This document shows positions 38,862 through 52,400 of a stretch of 64,000 nucleotides of DNA, piece by piece (positions within the stretch are counted from its first letter, which is position 1; every line of letters starts with the position of its first letter). The stretch comes from an uncultured virus (IMG/VR IMGVR_UViG_3300005965_000003) (Duplodnaviria > Heunggongvirae > Uroviricota > Caudoviricetes), in IMG/VR virus record IMGVR_UViG_3300005965_000003, one strand, 5' to 3'. The notes below the pieces were generated by a model, which had not been told where the DNA came from, ran no database searches, and worked only from the letters and a program-made list of their open reading frames with translations. The position numbers were made by a program, and so were the translations under genes.

Positions 38862-39663
38862 CCTTCACGGGGAGGTAAACCTTATGCCTCCGCTAAATTC
38901 CCCCCATCGCCGGGGACACCCTGAGGCATAGAAAGTGAGGTGTATCATGCGCTATCGTTAAACAATGGTACTGTGGGGGTCTGCTCATCGAGAGCGCCCT
39001 CGGGGACAGAGCCTGAGCATTAAGTACTGAAAGTCCCGAAAAAGCCAGGCATTACTAACCGAAAGGAGCCATACTATGGCACGCTCGAAGAAAGTTGACA
39101 GCATCACCCCGGCGTATTACCCTTGCGAGTCCTCTTGCGGACGGACTGCTCGTCCGCAAGAGGTCGATGACTACGAGAAATACGCCGAGCACTTTGAGGG
39201 TAACTACGGCGAAAAGATGAACATCACTTCTTTCCTCAAGGAGGTAATATGCTGAGAATCACCGGCGATATCAATGCAGTCCTGAACAAGGCCGTGGAGA
39301 CTAACAGTCTCCCGGCTCTTCAGGAGAAGGCAGTGACCCCGACACCAGCGAGCCTGGTGTTTGGTTTGACTGCTTCTATGAGGAGTAAGCATGAACCCTC
39401 GCCTGAAAAACGAGGCCCTCAGCATTGCTGGGGGCCTCTTCTCGAGGAGAGACCATAGTGTTAAGAAGAATTCGTAAGCTCCCTCCCCTCGCTGAGCATG
39501 ACGCCAGGCGTATCGCAAACGCCTGGTTTAAGTGGGGCGGTGACAAAGCGGAAAAGCTCTGGCAACAGCTCGTGACCAAACGAAAGATAAAGAAGTACGA
39601 AGCAATCATTTTTGCCGAGTACATCAGAGAGTTCTATGGAGACCTTCAACAAAAGGAGACAGC

Positions 39664-42600
39664 ATGAGCATAGTAACAGGTGTGATTCAGGCTAACAACG
39701 TCAGCTCTGAAGCCGTGATCAATGAGTTCATGAACAATGGAGTTGACCTCGGGTTTGAGGAGTACCTTGCCGAGAACGGTGAGGATGCTGCGGATGACTA
39801 CATGGACAACGGTGATAGCACCTACCTCTGCGGCTTCTACAAGAAAGAGGAAGGGCCGGATGCTGGTAAGTATGTCCCTGACCCTGACGCCCCATGCTCA
39901 GCCATCTTCAGCGCAGACCGGAACGTGATACAGGTTGTCCGCTCAAAATGGGTAGTCAGGGATGCACGATGGTGTTCCCCCTGCTATCCGGGACAGGCCG
40001 ATCTCGACTCTACTGACGGAGGCATCGAGGCATACACACTCCCCGAGGATTGGTTTGATATAGAGCATCCTCCGGTCAACCAGCCGGAATACATAGGATA
40101 AGTTGAATCTCTCGAATTCAGAAAGGACTAAACCATGTACAAAGAACTTGCATTCCCGAACGTGAAACGCTTGAGCGGGCTCTTTAGCTCGCTCAAGTAT
40201 TATGAGCCCGGCAAACGTGACCCTCACAGCCACAAGTACACCAAGATACACCCAACCGGACCAGAGATCTCGACCTTCTGTCAGATCACCGGGCCGGGTA
40301 TCGAAGGGTACCACACAGCCGACGCAGTCCCTAACAAGGTACTCGATAAGTACATCGCCAAGAACATGCTGGACATCGAAGGCGGTGTCTTCTTCGAGAT
40401 CGTTTGCCGTAAGGATGGTTCGGCTCTGGTGATCGTGAAGTACAATTCGATCATCGGAGATCGGTGGCTGGCAGAGATCCAGACCGATATGATTCCCGGT
40501 CTGGCTGAAGAAGAAGAAAAACACATAGCCGAGATGGCTGAACTAAAATCCTAAAGAAAGGTGGTCTCTCATGACTGACACACAGACACAGGTCAAGTCC
40601 AAAGTCGTCCTCTATAAAGGGGGCGGCTATGATGGGTGTATCTGGGAAGTGAACTGGTTTATGTTTGATGCCCAAGGCAACTGGCATAACTTGTACAGCT
40701 CAGGATACTCCGGCTTCAAGGATGACCAGGAGCACAAAGCCCGGGAGCTGTACAAGGAATGGGACACCGAAGTCCCCTCCGAAGAGTATGACTTCACGTA
40801 CGAAGGAGTCATGGAGGTGATAGATTTGGATAGAGATGAGTCCATCCTCTCGTTCTCGAAAGAGTACGAAACGGTGGTCACTCTGGCAGTCATCCGCACA
40901 GTCAACGACACCCTCGTTGAACAGGGTGAGAACGCCAAGATGTTCTTCAAATGTGACCATTGTGAGAAGCATATCTATCCCCTGTCCGAAGTCGAGGACG
41001 GGCATGTCGAGGGGCTCTCCGGGAACGGTGGGGTTGGATTCAGGGGTGACGAACTCTACTGTGATGAGTGTCACTTAAGTCTCTCCTGCGGGTACTGCGG
41101 GGAGTTTGACAGCGATACCCACAAGCAGGGCGGGTACTGCTCCTATCACTTTGAGACGGCTCTCAAGCGATGGCTGGAGAGCTTTGGGAGTGAGGGAATA
41201 CAGCACCTGTATGTCACAAACCTTAACGAGGTCGATATTGAGAACTATGTCGAGTGGGGTTTCTGCTTCGAGGACTGGATCAATACCGACCCTTCCGATG
41301 GTGAAGACATTCTCTGGATCATGAAGACAGACGAGCTGGATCGGTGGGGGATACATGAAGCTCGGTGGTACATCATCGAGGCTTCGTCAGAGAACCAAGC
41401 TCTCGACATCCTCACCGAGTGGACCGAGCGGAAACACTTTCAGATTGATATCTGGAAAGCTCGGGATTACATGGTGAAGAACATCGAAGAGCTGGAAAGG
41501 CATGTACACCATTAACCAAGGTGCTGTGGCTCCCTACGGGGAGCCGGGGTAGTATACAAACAGGATGAAAGCACTGAGACTACCCATTGAATCCTGTACT
41601 AACCACAACCAAAAGGAGGTTCTCATGAACCCGGATACCGAAACGACCGAACTGCTTTCGAAGGCTGACTATGAGAACGCTGTTCAGTCTCAGAATGCCT
41701 GCAACCTTTCAGGCGTTGTCTATTCACTGGCTTCCATCATGCCCAAGATCTGGAACGAAGCTCGGGCAAGAGAAAAGGGCACCAAGTGGGTCAACGAGCA
41801 CCCCATCTGTGCCTTGTTCGCTGAACAGATTTCCCACCTCTCGGGATGTGGGATAACGAACAACGATAGATACGGCACGCACATTAATTACTGTGAAGCG
41901 ATGGCTCAGGAGAACCGAGTCAAAGCTGCACAGTTTCTCCCGGAATACGCACCCCTTCAGAAGGAGGCTGGGATTCTGGCAGCACGGTAGTTCCCGTACG
42001 GCGATTGACTACCCTTTCGATCTGGTTAAGGAGGTTTGATATGATGACCAAGATGTTGTTCGCGCTGCACTTGATGGCAGCGAAGAGTGCTTTCTACACC
42101 AATCCCTATATGTACTGTGCCCCGGGAGGGGTCGACATCAACGAAGTCAACCGGGCAAAGAAAAAGAACCGCAGGAACAAGTCTCAGAAACGCAAAGCAA
42201 AAAGATAGGAGGGTTTAATGGTTGGTGATATCGTGATGACAGTCATACAGGGGCTTTATCCGGGTGGAATGTCCGCCTTCGAGGAAGAGGGCGGCTCTGT
42301 ATTCTACATCCCGGATGAAGAAATCCTGATCTATCACCCTTCCCTTGACCCCAAGGCAAAGGCGAAGATACTCAATTCCCTGAAGGGTCTGAACATAACC
42401 ATATCGTTTGTGTCCGCTGGAAACTTTGAGGACTTCCATATGGATCAGATCAAAGACTTCCAGGAGTATCTGATCATGAAGTTGATGGATCTGAAACTCA
42501 GTGCTGCAACGGTTCTGGTTTCCCGAGCCAGTATCTTCATCGGCATCCCGCACTACAAGAGTACTCAGATGGCTGTCAAACGTCTGAAGGATTTCCTCAC

Positions 42601-45600
42601 AACGTTTGAAGGTGTCGTGCGGGGTCACATCAAATGTCGGGATCGGATTGTCCGGTTCGGCAAGCCGGGACCAAAGACACGAGTCAGAAAGCACGCTCAG
42701 TCAAAGATCCAACCCGAGTATGGGAGACCGGATCGAGAACATACTATCACTGAGGATGACGTACTGAATCTCAAGATAGCTTTAGAGTCATCCAAATCAT
42801 TCGAAGAATTCCTCAACAACATATAAGGAGGTACTGATGAACGTGAACGTCACAAAAGATCAGCTCGCTCAGGCAATCGCTACCATGAAGCAGGCATACC
42901 AGTCCGAGAGCTTCAAGCAGCTCATGGATCTGGTCAAGAACAACCCTGAACTGAGTGCGTTCGTTGACGCGGACAGCATTAAGACGGTCACAGAGGTTGT
43001 TCATACTGCCCCTACGGTCGAGGTGGTCACCCCTGAGCGTAAGCCTCGGGTGGAGCTGAACAATGCCCCCAGCGGGCAGCACAGGCGGCTCAAGAAGCAG
43101 GTCAACAAGCTCCCTGTGAAGGAGCGGGAGCTGCTTCCTGAAGAGCGTGACCAGATTATCCAGTACATGAACAAGACACAGGATCTGATGCCCCACGACT
43201 CCGGTGAGGGTGATGGGATCTGTCAGCAGATGTGTGACAAGTTCAATGCTGAGAGTCCTCGCCTCAATCGGGTGTGGCCTTATCAGGTGAGCGGGTACTA
43301 CTCTCACCTGTGTCGGATGGCCATGAAGCCCAAAGATAACCGGGACGATTGGTTTGTGAGAGCCGTCGCCAAAGGATCGCTGACCGGCAATGTCCGTCCC
43401 TACTTCGGGGTCAATCTCCAGCGTCGGGTAGCCTCGAACTGGAGTAAGGCCCGCCGTGAGGAGTGGGAGCGCAAACAGGATCACGCTCAGATGCTGTCGG
43501 AAAGAATGGAAAAGGGAGTCCTTTAAGGGCTCCCTTCACTTTAACAAAGGAGTTTGTATGCCTCAGACAGTGAAGGAACTGCCGTGGTTCGATGAGTATG
43601 GTTGGGTACAACGTGACATCCCCCAGCCCGCAGTCGAAGCCTGCTATCACTCAGGTCAGTGTCAGGGTGACGTTGAGCACTGGCGTAAGGTGCTCAACTT
43701 TCAGGTGCCTCGACAGAAAGCCATCGACTATCTCAAGGAATACGGTGCCTGGGAAGTCGAAGAGATGAATGCATGGTCGGACGAAGAGCTTGCCGAGAAG
43801 GTGCTGTGGTTAGCCTGCGGAGACATCTCCGAACAGGGTGAATGGTTAGGACTCATACACTAAGGAGGACTCGTGGTACTGGATAAAGCCGTGGAAGTTG
43901 CCGAGGCTATCGGTAAGAAGGTTCGGGTCAGGCAGAAGGTCGTGAGCACGGGAGTGTTCACTGCCATCAATGCCGCCGAAGAGATTGTCGAGGAGGGCGG
44001 ATTCAAACCGGGCAGGCTCTGCGGTGATGCCCCTGTCGCAATCGCTCCGGGTGACTTCAACTATGTCGCCAAGTGGGCGAACATCAGCAGGGATGAATGG
44101 CCCAAGCTCAAGGGAGTCATTGTTTCGGAGGACTTCCGCAACGGTGATGCCTATATCTGTTACTTCGACTGAAGGAGATCTCATGGGTGATGGCACTGAC
44201 TATCAAATAGAAGAAGCATACGACTACACCGAGGATGAACTGTGGGGTTCTGGTTATGTCGTAAGCCTGATGGGAAGGTACGACCAAAACAAATCCGCTA
44301 AGATCGGTGACGTAATCAGCTGCCCGGTATGCGACAAACGATTTGTTAAGCGTACCCGCGATCATACCTTCTGCTCCAATGGTCGGAGAAAGAAGGGTGG
44401 TAACTGCAAAGACCGATACTGGAACACTGTCGATGATGAAAGGAGAGAACGTGCGAAGGCTTATAAAAAAGTATAAGGGCCACGAGATTGTTGAAGAAGA
44501 GGGCTTAATCATTGTCCACAAAGACGACAGTGATTATATAGTCGCTTTAGATGACTCTAAATCGAAAGGCCCCAAGTTTATTAACCTGAGCAATAACACT
44601 GTCGAGGCCGCTAAGGAATACATCGACTGGAAGGAGAAAGCATGTCAAAAAGATACTACACCCGTAAGCAACTCCTGAATAAGGAATGCACACATAGTGA
44701 GTACTATGCTCCCTTCATCTCCGAACGTATGGTGTGTATCGTCCTGAACCGTATTGGAAAGGAAAGGATATTAGCCAGCACAGACCCTAACTTTAATGAT
44801 ATTCCTCTAAAGGTCTGGGATAACCTGCCTTATCTGAATGGGGTGGGTGAGGTTTATAAAGAGAAGACAGGAGACTGGATGACACAGAGCTCCTGGGTGT
44901 GTATGTATAAAGAAGCCGCTCACAATATCAAACAAAAGGAGGAAGCATGCCTGAGATCTCCAAGGACATGATCGAGCACATCCGCGCCGTCATAGAGTAT
45001 GTCGAACCCAACGAACAGGAACACTACGAGTCCATGGTTGAGGAAGACCCTGACTACAAGCAAGAGAACCATGTCTACTACCACATACAAAGAGTCTCCC
45101 AATGGCTCGAACAGCAGGAGGAGTCATGAAGCATTCAATCCGATACATTCAGGTCCGGGTCGAGGTGGTCCACGATGAAGGCGTGGACCCCGAAGATGTC
45201 CTGAGTGAATGTGACTACAAGTTCGAGTCCACAAGCCCCGGTCAACAGATCCGGGACACAGAGATCCAAGCCTATTCAGAATCACCCTGGGAGTAGCCAT
45301 GAATAACTCACAGAAGTATGAGAACTCAATGATGTATTGGCACAACAACCCTCCCCCACCTTTTAACCCCGAGGCTGACCCTAAAGCAGGGGAACGCTAC
45401 GAGATGGTCACAAAGAGCATGGTAGCTGACAACTACTATGCTAACCATACCCGTGAGGAATGCAAACAGGAATGGCGGAGACGCTATGAACTTCTAAAGG
45501 AGGAACAGGCATGAAACGTTTCGTACAAGCCCTTAAAAACCCCTCTCAGTTCGGATCGGGCACCCGGACTACCCCCGCGTTTGACAGCTTCTACCGCAAG

Positions 45601-46329
45601 ACTGTCAATGATTTCAAGAAGCACTTCTCGGATGTTGCTGATAACATTCAGCTCTCCAAAGGACACTTCTACTTCAAGGGATTCCTGACTCGTAAGCGTG
45701 ACGGTCAGGTGATCTACTTCTCGATCAGCGATGTCCGGTACTTCCCGCAGACTGATATGCTCATCCGAACTGCCAAGAGCTATCGGGATTATACGGGTGG
45801 GCCTAACCATCGCGTCTCCATCGATAGCAACTTCGAGCAGAACTTCAAGAAGGGGATCGACTCTCTTCAAGAAGCCGCCTTCCAGGTTATTTAACAATGG
45901 GTGGGATATCCCACCCCCTACTCCTCGAAAGGAGAACTTATGAGGATCAAAGCTACCATCGAGATCGAGTATGAATCCAACAACATCAACCCCAAGGAGT
46001 TGAGACAAAAGATCTATGCAGCAGCTATGAGCTGTCGTCACAGGATGACAACTGTGATGGGCTTTGGCTTTCGGCAGGAAGAAGCCGAACAGATTACCGA
46101 GCCTGTAGTGTCGAGTCAAAAAATCTCTGTGGTCGATCCGGATGAGGACATCCATATCAGATGGACTGCCAATGACGTGATCGACAGAGCCGCCTATAGA
46201 GGCATCACCCTCTCCCGTGAACAGGCCAAAGAAATCCTCAGCACAATGAAAAGGAGGCACGATTGCGAAGTAGGCATCAACTGGGATGTCATTGATGTCC
46301 ATACGGACGACTTGCTCGATAACCAATAA
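39664..46329 (+). other. array of small-to-medium hypothetical genes (39664, 40135, 40571, 41625, 42218, 42837, 43558, 43873, 44183, 44642, 44947, 45299, 45511, 45940)
   Basis: Co-oriented, mostly with AGGAG RBS, many acidic or CxxC-bearing; typical of phage early regions. Confidence 0.7.
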
Positions 46330-46382
46330 CCTTCAACCAAACGTACCTATAAACCAAACCTTTTACTTACGAGGAGGCTTAA

Positions 46383-47144
46383 ATGCCAGCCAAAGCAAAA
46401 ATCATCGACGCCAACGTTCTGACCCCCGTCGCCTTCAAGGAAGCCGCTCAGCTCGCCAAGAAGATCGCCACCACCCACAAGAAGATCGCCGATATGACCG
46501 ATGAGATCACGGGCCATAAGAACAGGCTCTGTGAGATCAGCAAGGACGTGTTCTTCCGGGATCTTGGTGCCGAAATCGACTCCGAGGGTGAGCTCGTGCT
46601 GACCAACCATTCCGACCATGTCCCTCAGATCTTCGGCAACCACGAGTACGATGCCGAGAAAGCCCGCGTCTCCATCAACTTCAAGGTGTCCGCCAAGGAG
46701 ATTAAGGAGGTCGAGGGTAAGAATGCTGACAAGCGCCTGGCGGAGATCTTCGGTGAGGATTACGAGAAGCTGTTCGTGAAGGATAAGGAGTATGAGATCA
46801 CTTCCTCCCCCGATCAGATTCGCCGTAACCTTGATCGTCGCCCGGAACTCTTCGACATCACCCTCAAACCCAACCTGCCCATCGAGAAGCTCAGGGAAAT
46901 GCGTGCCGCCTTCCCGGGATGCTTCGAGCTGACGGTCAAGGACGGTGAGCAGTACGCCAAGGTCCATCCCGATCAGGTCGAGGAGAAGGTGAAGGTCAAG
47001 CTCGGTGCGAAGTTCCTGGAGAAAGCTGCCAAGCTGACCGATGATGTCCTCAAGGAAGCCAAGGTCTTCATCGTCGGCTACCTCTCCAAGAACATGTCCT
47101 CGGCAGTCGTGGTCGGTCCCAAGGCTAAGAACGGCAAAGCATAA
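46383..47144 (+). CDS. hypothetical protein, strongly codon-biased
   Basis: GAGGAGG RBS; followed by hairpin ~47149-47170. Confidence 0.8.
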   Translation: MPAKAKIIDANVLTPVAFKEAAQLAKKIATTHKKIADMTDEITGHKNRLCEISKDVFFRDLGAEIDSEGELVLTNHSDHVPQIFGNHEYDAEKARVSINFKVSAKEIKEVEGKNADKRLAEIFGEDYEKLFVKDKEYEITSSPDQIRRNLDRRPELFDITLKPNLPIEKLREMRAAFPGCFELTVKDGEQYAKVHPDQVEEKVKVKLGAKFLEKAAKLTDDVLKEAKVFIVGYLSKNMSSAVVVGPKAKNGKA

Positions 47145-47665
47145 CCTGAAGGGGGTAACCAACCCCCCTCTACCTTGATACTCGCTAAATTCCCAATCAA
47201 TCTTCTCACTCAACAACAAAGGAGCCTATCATGGCTAAGAAAAAACTCAAGCTCAACTTTCGCACAATCGCTTTCCTCTCCGTCTCAACTCTCGGTGTCG
47301 TCGGCTGGTCCGGTCCTGACTATCAACCCCTTATCTCCGCCCGAGACTCGGGGTCACGAGTCATCACGCGAACGAAGGATAAGATCGAGGCTCTAAGGGA
47401 CTCAGCTTCCGAATGGGTAGAGGCTCTAAGGGGTCACGAGTCATCACGCCGATAGAGCCTCAGGCTCTAACACGAGTCATCACGTAGATCAGGGAGGCTC
47501 TAAGGAGTCTCCCCTTTTTATTCCAAGGCTCTACCACATATCAGGGAGGCTCTATGTGGAAACAGGCTCTAATGCAGGGATATAGTATAGCTCTTGGCTT
47601 AGCGGTACTTGCCCTGCTTGTTGACCAGGCTCTAAGAATTGTACATAAATCCGTAAAAAGGCTCT

Positions 47666-48256
47666 ATGAAAGAAACTCGAAAGGAGAACTACCCAATGAA
47701 TAACACGGTAAAAATTATCCTCACCCAAGACGGTCCCATGTCCTTGAGTGAAGATGCCCACGGATCTCTTCGCCCCGAAGTCCCCACCCGGCTTTCAGCC
47801 GAGGGGTGGGACGAACTGAATACGTTGCTTGAGAACTGTTCAGTGGAATCAGCCTGGCGCTCCGCAGATGGGTGGGAGCTTATGAGTAATCGAGGCTCTA
47901 CCATCAGTATCTATGACCTACTCAAGCCTCTGGAAGGCTCTAACGAGGATCTGGTCATGGCTTTGTGTGATGCCTTCGATACACACCTGAGTGAATACGG
48001 GTTCCAGGCTGTCGAAGCCGCCTACGATGCCAATGTCCTCTGCTGGAGAACTACCTCTCAGGTAAAACTTGAAGCACAAGTGCAGGAAATTGCGGTGAGC
48101 AAAGACTGCTACGGGTGCGGGGCTGAGCTTGAGGATTGGTATGATGTGAGTGAGGCTCTAACAGACCCTACAACGGGGTACGTAGTGCCTGAGGCTCTAT
48201 GCGAAGAATGTCTCAATACACAGGAGGAGAAAATAAGAAAGAGAACTGAAACCTAA
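47666..48256 (+). CDS. hypothetical protein with C-terminal CxxC pairs
   Basis: CYGC..CEEC. Confidence 0.65.
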   Translation: MKETRKENYPMNNTVKIILTQDGPMSLSEDAHGSLRPEVPTRLSAEGWDELNTLLENCSVESAWRSADGWELMSNRGSTISIYDLLKPLEGSNEDLVMALCDAFDTHLSEYGFQAVEAAYDANVLCWRTTSQVKLEAQVQEIAVSKDCYGCGAELEDWYDVSEALTDPTTGYVVPEALCEECLNTQEEKIRKRTET

Positions 48257-48281
48257 GGCTCTAAAACCCAGGTAAGCATCT

Positions 48282-48746
48282 ATGAGTCGCCGAAAACCCA
48301 AACGACAACCCAATATCCTTATATCCAACCCTCCGGTATCCTCTCAGGCAGCTTACCACCTTTTGGTGTGTAAGCTGGCCTCTGAGGCCGGTGAGAGACC
48401 ATTCCGCTGGTGGGAATGGGTGGCATTCAGAGCAAACTACCTAACAAATCTTGAGAGGCTCTACGGTATGCTGTGGTGTGAATACTGTGGAAAGCATCCT
48501 CTACAGATAAATGGTGAACTGTACTCTAACCAGTGTCTGGCGACGCTGGATCACATCCACGCTGTAGCACATGGAGGCTCTATCTATGATCCGAAAAATT
48601 TAGCGGTAGCCTGTCATGCCTGCAATCAAGAAAAGAATGATAGTAGGGGCTTTCACCCGAGGCTCTACCCCTACGAAAAAGAAACTATAGCATTACTCGA
48701 AAGGAGTATGTATGTCGAATCTGTCACCAAAGCTTACCCGAGGTAA
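48282..48746 (+). CDS. HNH endonuclease
   Basis: CEYCG..ATLDHIHAVAHGG..NLAVACHACNQEK. Confidence 0.9.
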   Translation: MSRRKPKRQPNILISNPPVSSQAAYHLLVCKLASEAGERPFRWWEWVAFRANYLTNLERLYGMLWCEYCGKHPLQINGELYSNQCLATLDHIHAVAHGGSIYDPKNLAVACHACNQEKNDSRGFHPRLYPYEKETIALLERSMYVESVTKAYPR

Positions 48747-49386
48747 CGAGAAGATCAAGGAGGCTCTTGTCTGGTCGATCCCCTCTGGTAAGACCTGCCC
48801 TGGAGCTACAAAGCTCTGTAGCGTGATCTGTTATGCCAGACAGTCGGAGATACAGTATCACAATGTTGTCCCACCGAGTCGCTGGCATAATCTGAGGCTC
48901 ACCAAACGGGCTGACTTTGCCGAGATCATGATCAAGGCTCTAAAGAGACGGCGCTACCGGGCGTTGCGGATACATGAGAGTGGTGACTTCTACTCTCAGG
49001 TGTACCTCAACAAGTGGGTAGGGATCATCAAGGCTCTACCGGAATGGATCTTTTGGGCTTACACGAAGTCTCACTCGCTGGACTTCTCCGAGGCTCTAAA
49101 GCTCCCCAACCTCAACCTGAGGTATTCGGTGGATGCCACCACAAAGAAGTATCCCAAACAGGATATGCCGCTGGCTCACCTGTCCATGCATCAGCCTGAC
49201 GGTGCCTTCGAGTGTCCCGGCACCGGAGCTGCTGGCGGGATCAAGTGTGCCAGAGATTGCAAGGTTTGTATGGAAACCTCTAAATCAATCTGGTTTCACC
49301 CCCATGGGACGCACCGAAAGAAGATTGAACGCTTCGAGAGTATCACTCCAGAGCACGAGTCATCACGTATTCTGGCTGGGGCTTAA
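48712..49386 (+). CDS. phage Gp88-like Fe-S/radical-SAM-related protein
   Basis: TCPGAT..C...CYA, RIHESGDFYS, WAYTKS, C-terminal Cys cluster and HG. Confidence 0.8.
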   Translation: MSNLSPKLTRGNEKIKEALVWSIPSGKTCPGATKLCSVICYARQSEIQYHNVVPPSRWHNLRLTKRADFAEIMIKALKRRRYRALRIHESGDFYSQVYLNKWVGIIKALPEWIFWAYTKSHSLDFSEALKLPNLNLRYSVDATTKKYPKQDMPLAHLSMHQPDGAFECPGTGAAGGIKCARDCKVCMETSKSIWFHPHGTHRKKIERFESITPEHESSRILAGA

Positions 49387-49411
49387 CGGCTCCAGCCTCT
49401 AAGGAGGCTCT

Positions 49412-52400
49412 ATGAATTACTGTCATGTCCCGGAGAACATCCGGGACATCATCAACAATTCTACTGAGGGCACACAGCAGGAATGCTATGATGCTATCGA
49501 GGAAGCAAAGGACTGGGAAGAAGCAAAGATGAATGTGAAAAATGCTCTCTACAATCTTGAGAGTGAATCTAAACGTATAAGGGAGGCTCTATCATGAGTG
49601 GATTTGTGAAGTATTCAAAGCCCATCGACTTTCAGACCATGAAGAAAGAAATGGAAGCCCGCCTCAAGGATTACCGGGAGAGTGTGAAATTCTTTCGGCT
49701 GGTTTATGGAATCCTCAAGGGATGGGAAGGAAAGCAGATCAGTAAGCGGATGACTACCTATGTCGATAAGCAGTTGCCCGAGAACACATGGTCGGCATTG
49801 GAGTTCAGTTTTTCCTCAATCTCAATGAGGTTCTACCGGAAGCAGACCGAACCCACATACAGAAACGAGCGGTTCATGACTCTTTCAATAGGGTCTGTGG
49901 ATAACAAGACATTCTCAATGGATGCCTTGAATATCGAGGTGGATTCTTACCAGTCACTTGAGGAGTCCGCCGACAAGCTGGAAGTGGGACTCAAGGCTCT
50001 ACCGCTCTTCGTGAAGGAATACAACGAGATTCTTTCCAGAGCACAGGCTTTGGTGGAAGAAGCGACTAAGGTCAAAATGGAGTATGACTTCGACATCATA
50101 ACGAGAGGGACAAATGAACCGGATTCAGCTCAAGACTCTAAGAGAACAGATTCAGGAAAATATCCGAAGAAGGAGAAGACATCGATGAATAACAAACAAC
50201 GACACGAAACCTTTGACGAGGCTCTAAAGATTCTTAAACAGGACTGGATGGATGCCCGACCGGGAAGCGCTCACAAGCAGAAGCTTTCCCATGTCTATGC
50301 AAGCCTCAAGAAGATTGCAGAGGAACGTACTCGGGTGGCTGTCTTCATGGACGGTGGACTGATCCAAGAAATATACTCCGACTCCCCGGTAGAGGTCATG
50401 AAGATCGACCTCGACGTCGAGGGGGCTGAAGAAGAAGAAGAGCTGACCACCTATCCCGACCGGGAAGGTGTGGCTAATAAAGCCTACATCTCGCTGGAAA
50501 AATCCGGGTACGGGGTGGATGTAGATGAAGAGTACATCGATACCCTGTGGAACAACCTCAACAAGGAGGACTGATGAGTAACCGAGCAATCCTGACAGCC
50601 ATGAAGTTCGAGGCTCTAAGCGGGGATGTGTCCTATGGATACACCCTGTCCGATGAGTATGCTCTGGACTACGATAACAATTCTGAAGCCATGATCGAAG
50701 ATGACCTCGACCTGCTCCGCTATGCCCTCAAGAACGCGGGCAACGGCGGGGATGAAATCCTTGGCAGTGTCAGGGATAACGAGAAAGGTATACAGATCAA
50801 TGACCAGTGGTATGACTGGGAAGAAATCGAATCCATTATGGAAGGAGATGAACAATGAATAACGAAGCCGCTGTGATCATCGTCATGGATAATGACAACC
50901 TCATGGATACCATCCTCGTGCCCAATGGGCATGAGGATGATCGGGCGGAGAAGGTCTTCGCCAAAACCTGCCAGCTCCACCTCCATGCTACCGCTAAATT
51001 CCCCCGAAGATGCAAACTTTGATGGGGGCTACATGAAGAAGGGGAATATGTATGTCATGCTCACATGGCCCCGACTGCCTGAGTATGAGTATGAGAATCG
51101 GTGTCGGGTCTGTGCCCATGATGTGAGGTTCTGGTACAAGGGTGAAGAACCAATCACCGATGAGATCAAAGAGATCATGAATGAGGAAGCAGAGAGCCGG
51201 GCAAAAGATATGATCATTGAGGACTATACCTCCGGTGAACTCAATCTGGAAAATGATGAATACTCTTTCCGAGGATGGTGGGAAATTGAAAAACAGTAAC
51301 CTGGCTTTCGAGATAACCGTGGAGGACGTGATAAACGTCCTCCGCAAAGAGAACAGAATCGCTCAACTCAGTAGAGTGGAAGAACTCTATAACGAGCTGG
51401 ACTTTGGAGCCATTGAGAAAGAGGCTCTATACGGAGATGACATCGATGAACAGACAGAGTATGCGTATGATGCCATTTGGGAACAAATCAAAGGGAGGCT
51501 CTAATGAATCCGAATGCTTGTGAAGAGTCGATCAAGGCTCTAAGCGATCTGCTCCATCAGTATCACGCACAGGAAAAGTGTGGTATGCAGTCCGTACTGC
51601 GGGATGTGTTGACAGACCTGCGCCATGCAGCCCATGAAAGGCATCTGGACATCGATAAGGCAATCGAAGGCTCCCGGATGGTATGGGAATCAGAAATGGG
51701 ACGATGGTTCGTGCCCGGCATGGAAGTCATGGTGGACTCCCCCCCGAATGAAAAAGCCTGCTGGAACAATGAGTTCCGGGGGACCATCGTTAAGGTCAGC
51801 CAGGAAAGAAAGATGTATGATGCAGGCAGGAATGAATATTCCTGCTACTGCACCGTCAAAGATCAGGAAGACAACCACTACGATATCGATTACAAGTATG
51901 TTCATCCTATGGAAAAGGAGGACTGAATGGGAGACTCTAAGATGTCTTTTGAAGAAATGGAACAGAAGTATGTCCTAAACAATGGGCTGACCTGCCTCAA
52001 CCCTGAGTGTGACGGCACAGACTTCGAGGGAGGCTCTATCAAAATCGATGGACCCATCGCTGTACAATCCATTACCTGCAACAAATGTGGATCTTCATGG
52101 AGCGACATCTACAAGTTGCAAGGTGTAGATGACGTGGAGCTGGAAAATGAATGAGATAAAACGTATGGATCTCATGAGATTCAGAGTGCTCTACATCCCT
52201 GTGGGTGTAGAGCATCCCCACTTTCCGGCAGTCAAACACGAGAAGCCTATTGTAGAGTTCTATGATATGCTTTACCAGCATACACCCGATGGGCAGTTCA
52301 CGGGGGGACGCTACTATATAGAGACTCTACTGGAAGACTCCGAGCGTCTAAGAGTAACAGGACTTTCCCTCGAAGGATCAATTCCTTCATGGGTAATCTT

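Noticed and set aside
38862..38945. Assigning a defined fold to this spacer (also 33975-34040)
   Set aside because: Several hairpins are possible but each is single-copy, so there is no covariation support.
34347..47219. Long minus-strand ORFs (e.g. 34347..35159, 45484..46326, 46347..47219)
   Set aside because: Antisense shadows of codon-biased + genes; no RBS or protein motifs.
50571..50600. Hammerhead at CTGATGAG
   Set aside because: It is a stop/start overlap; no stem II or GAAA follows.
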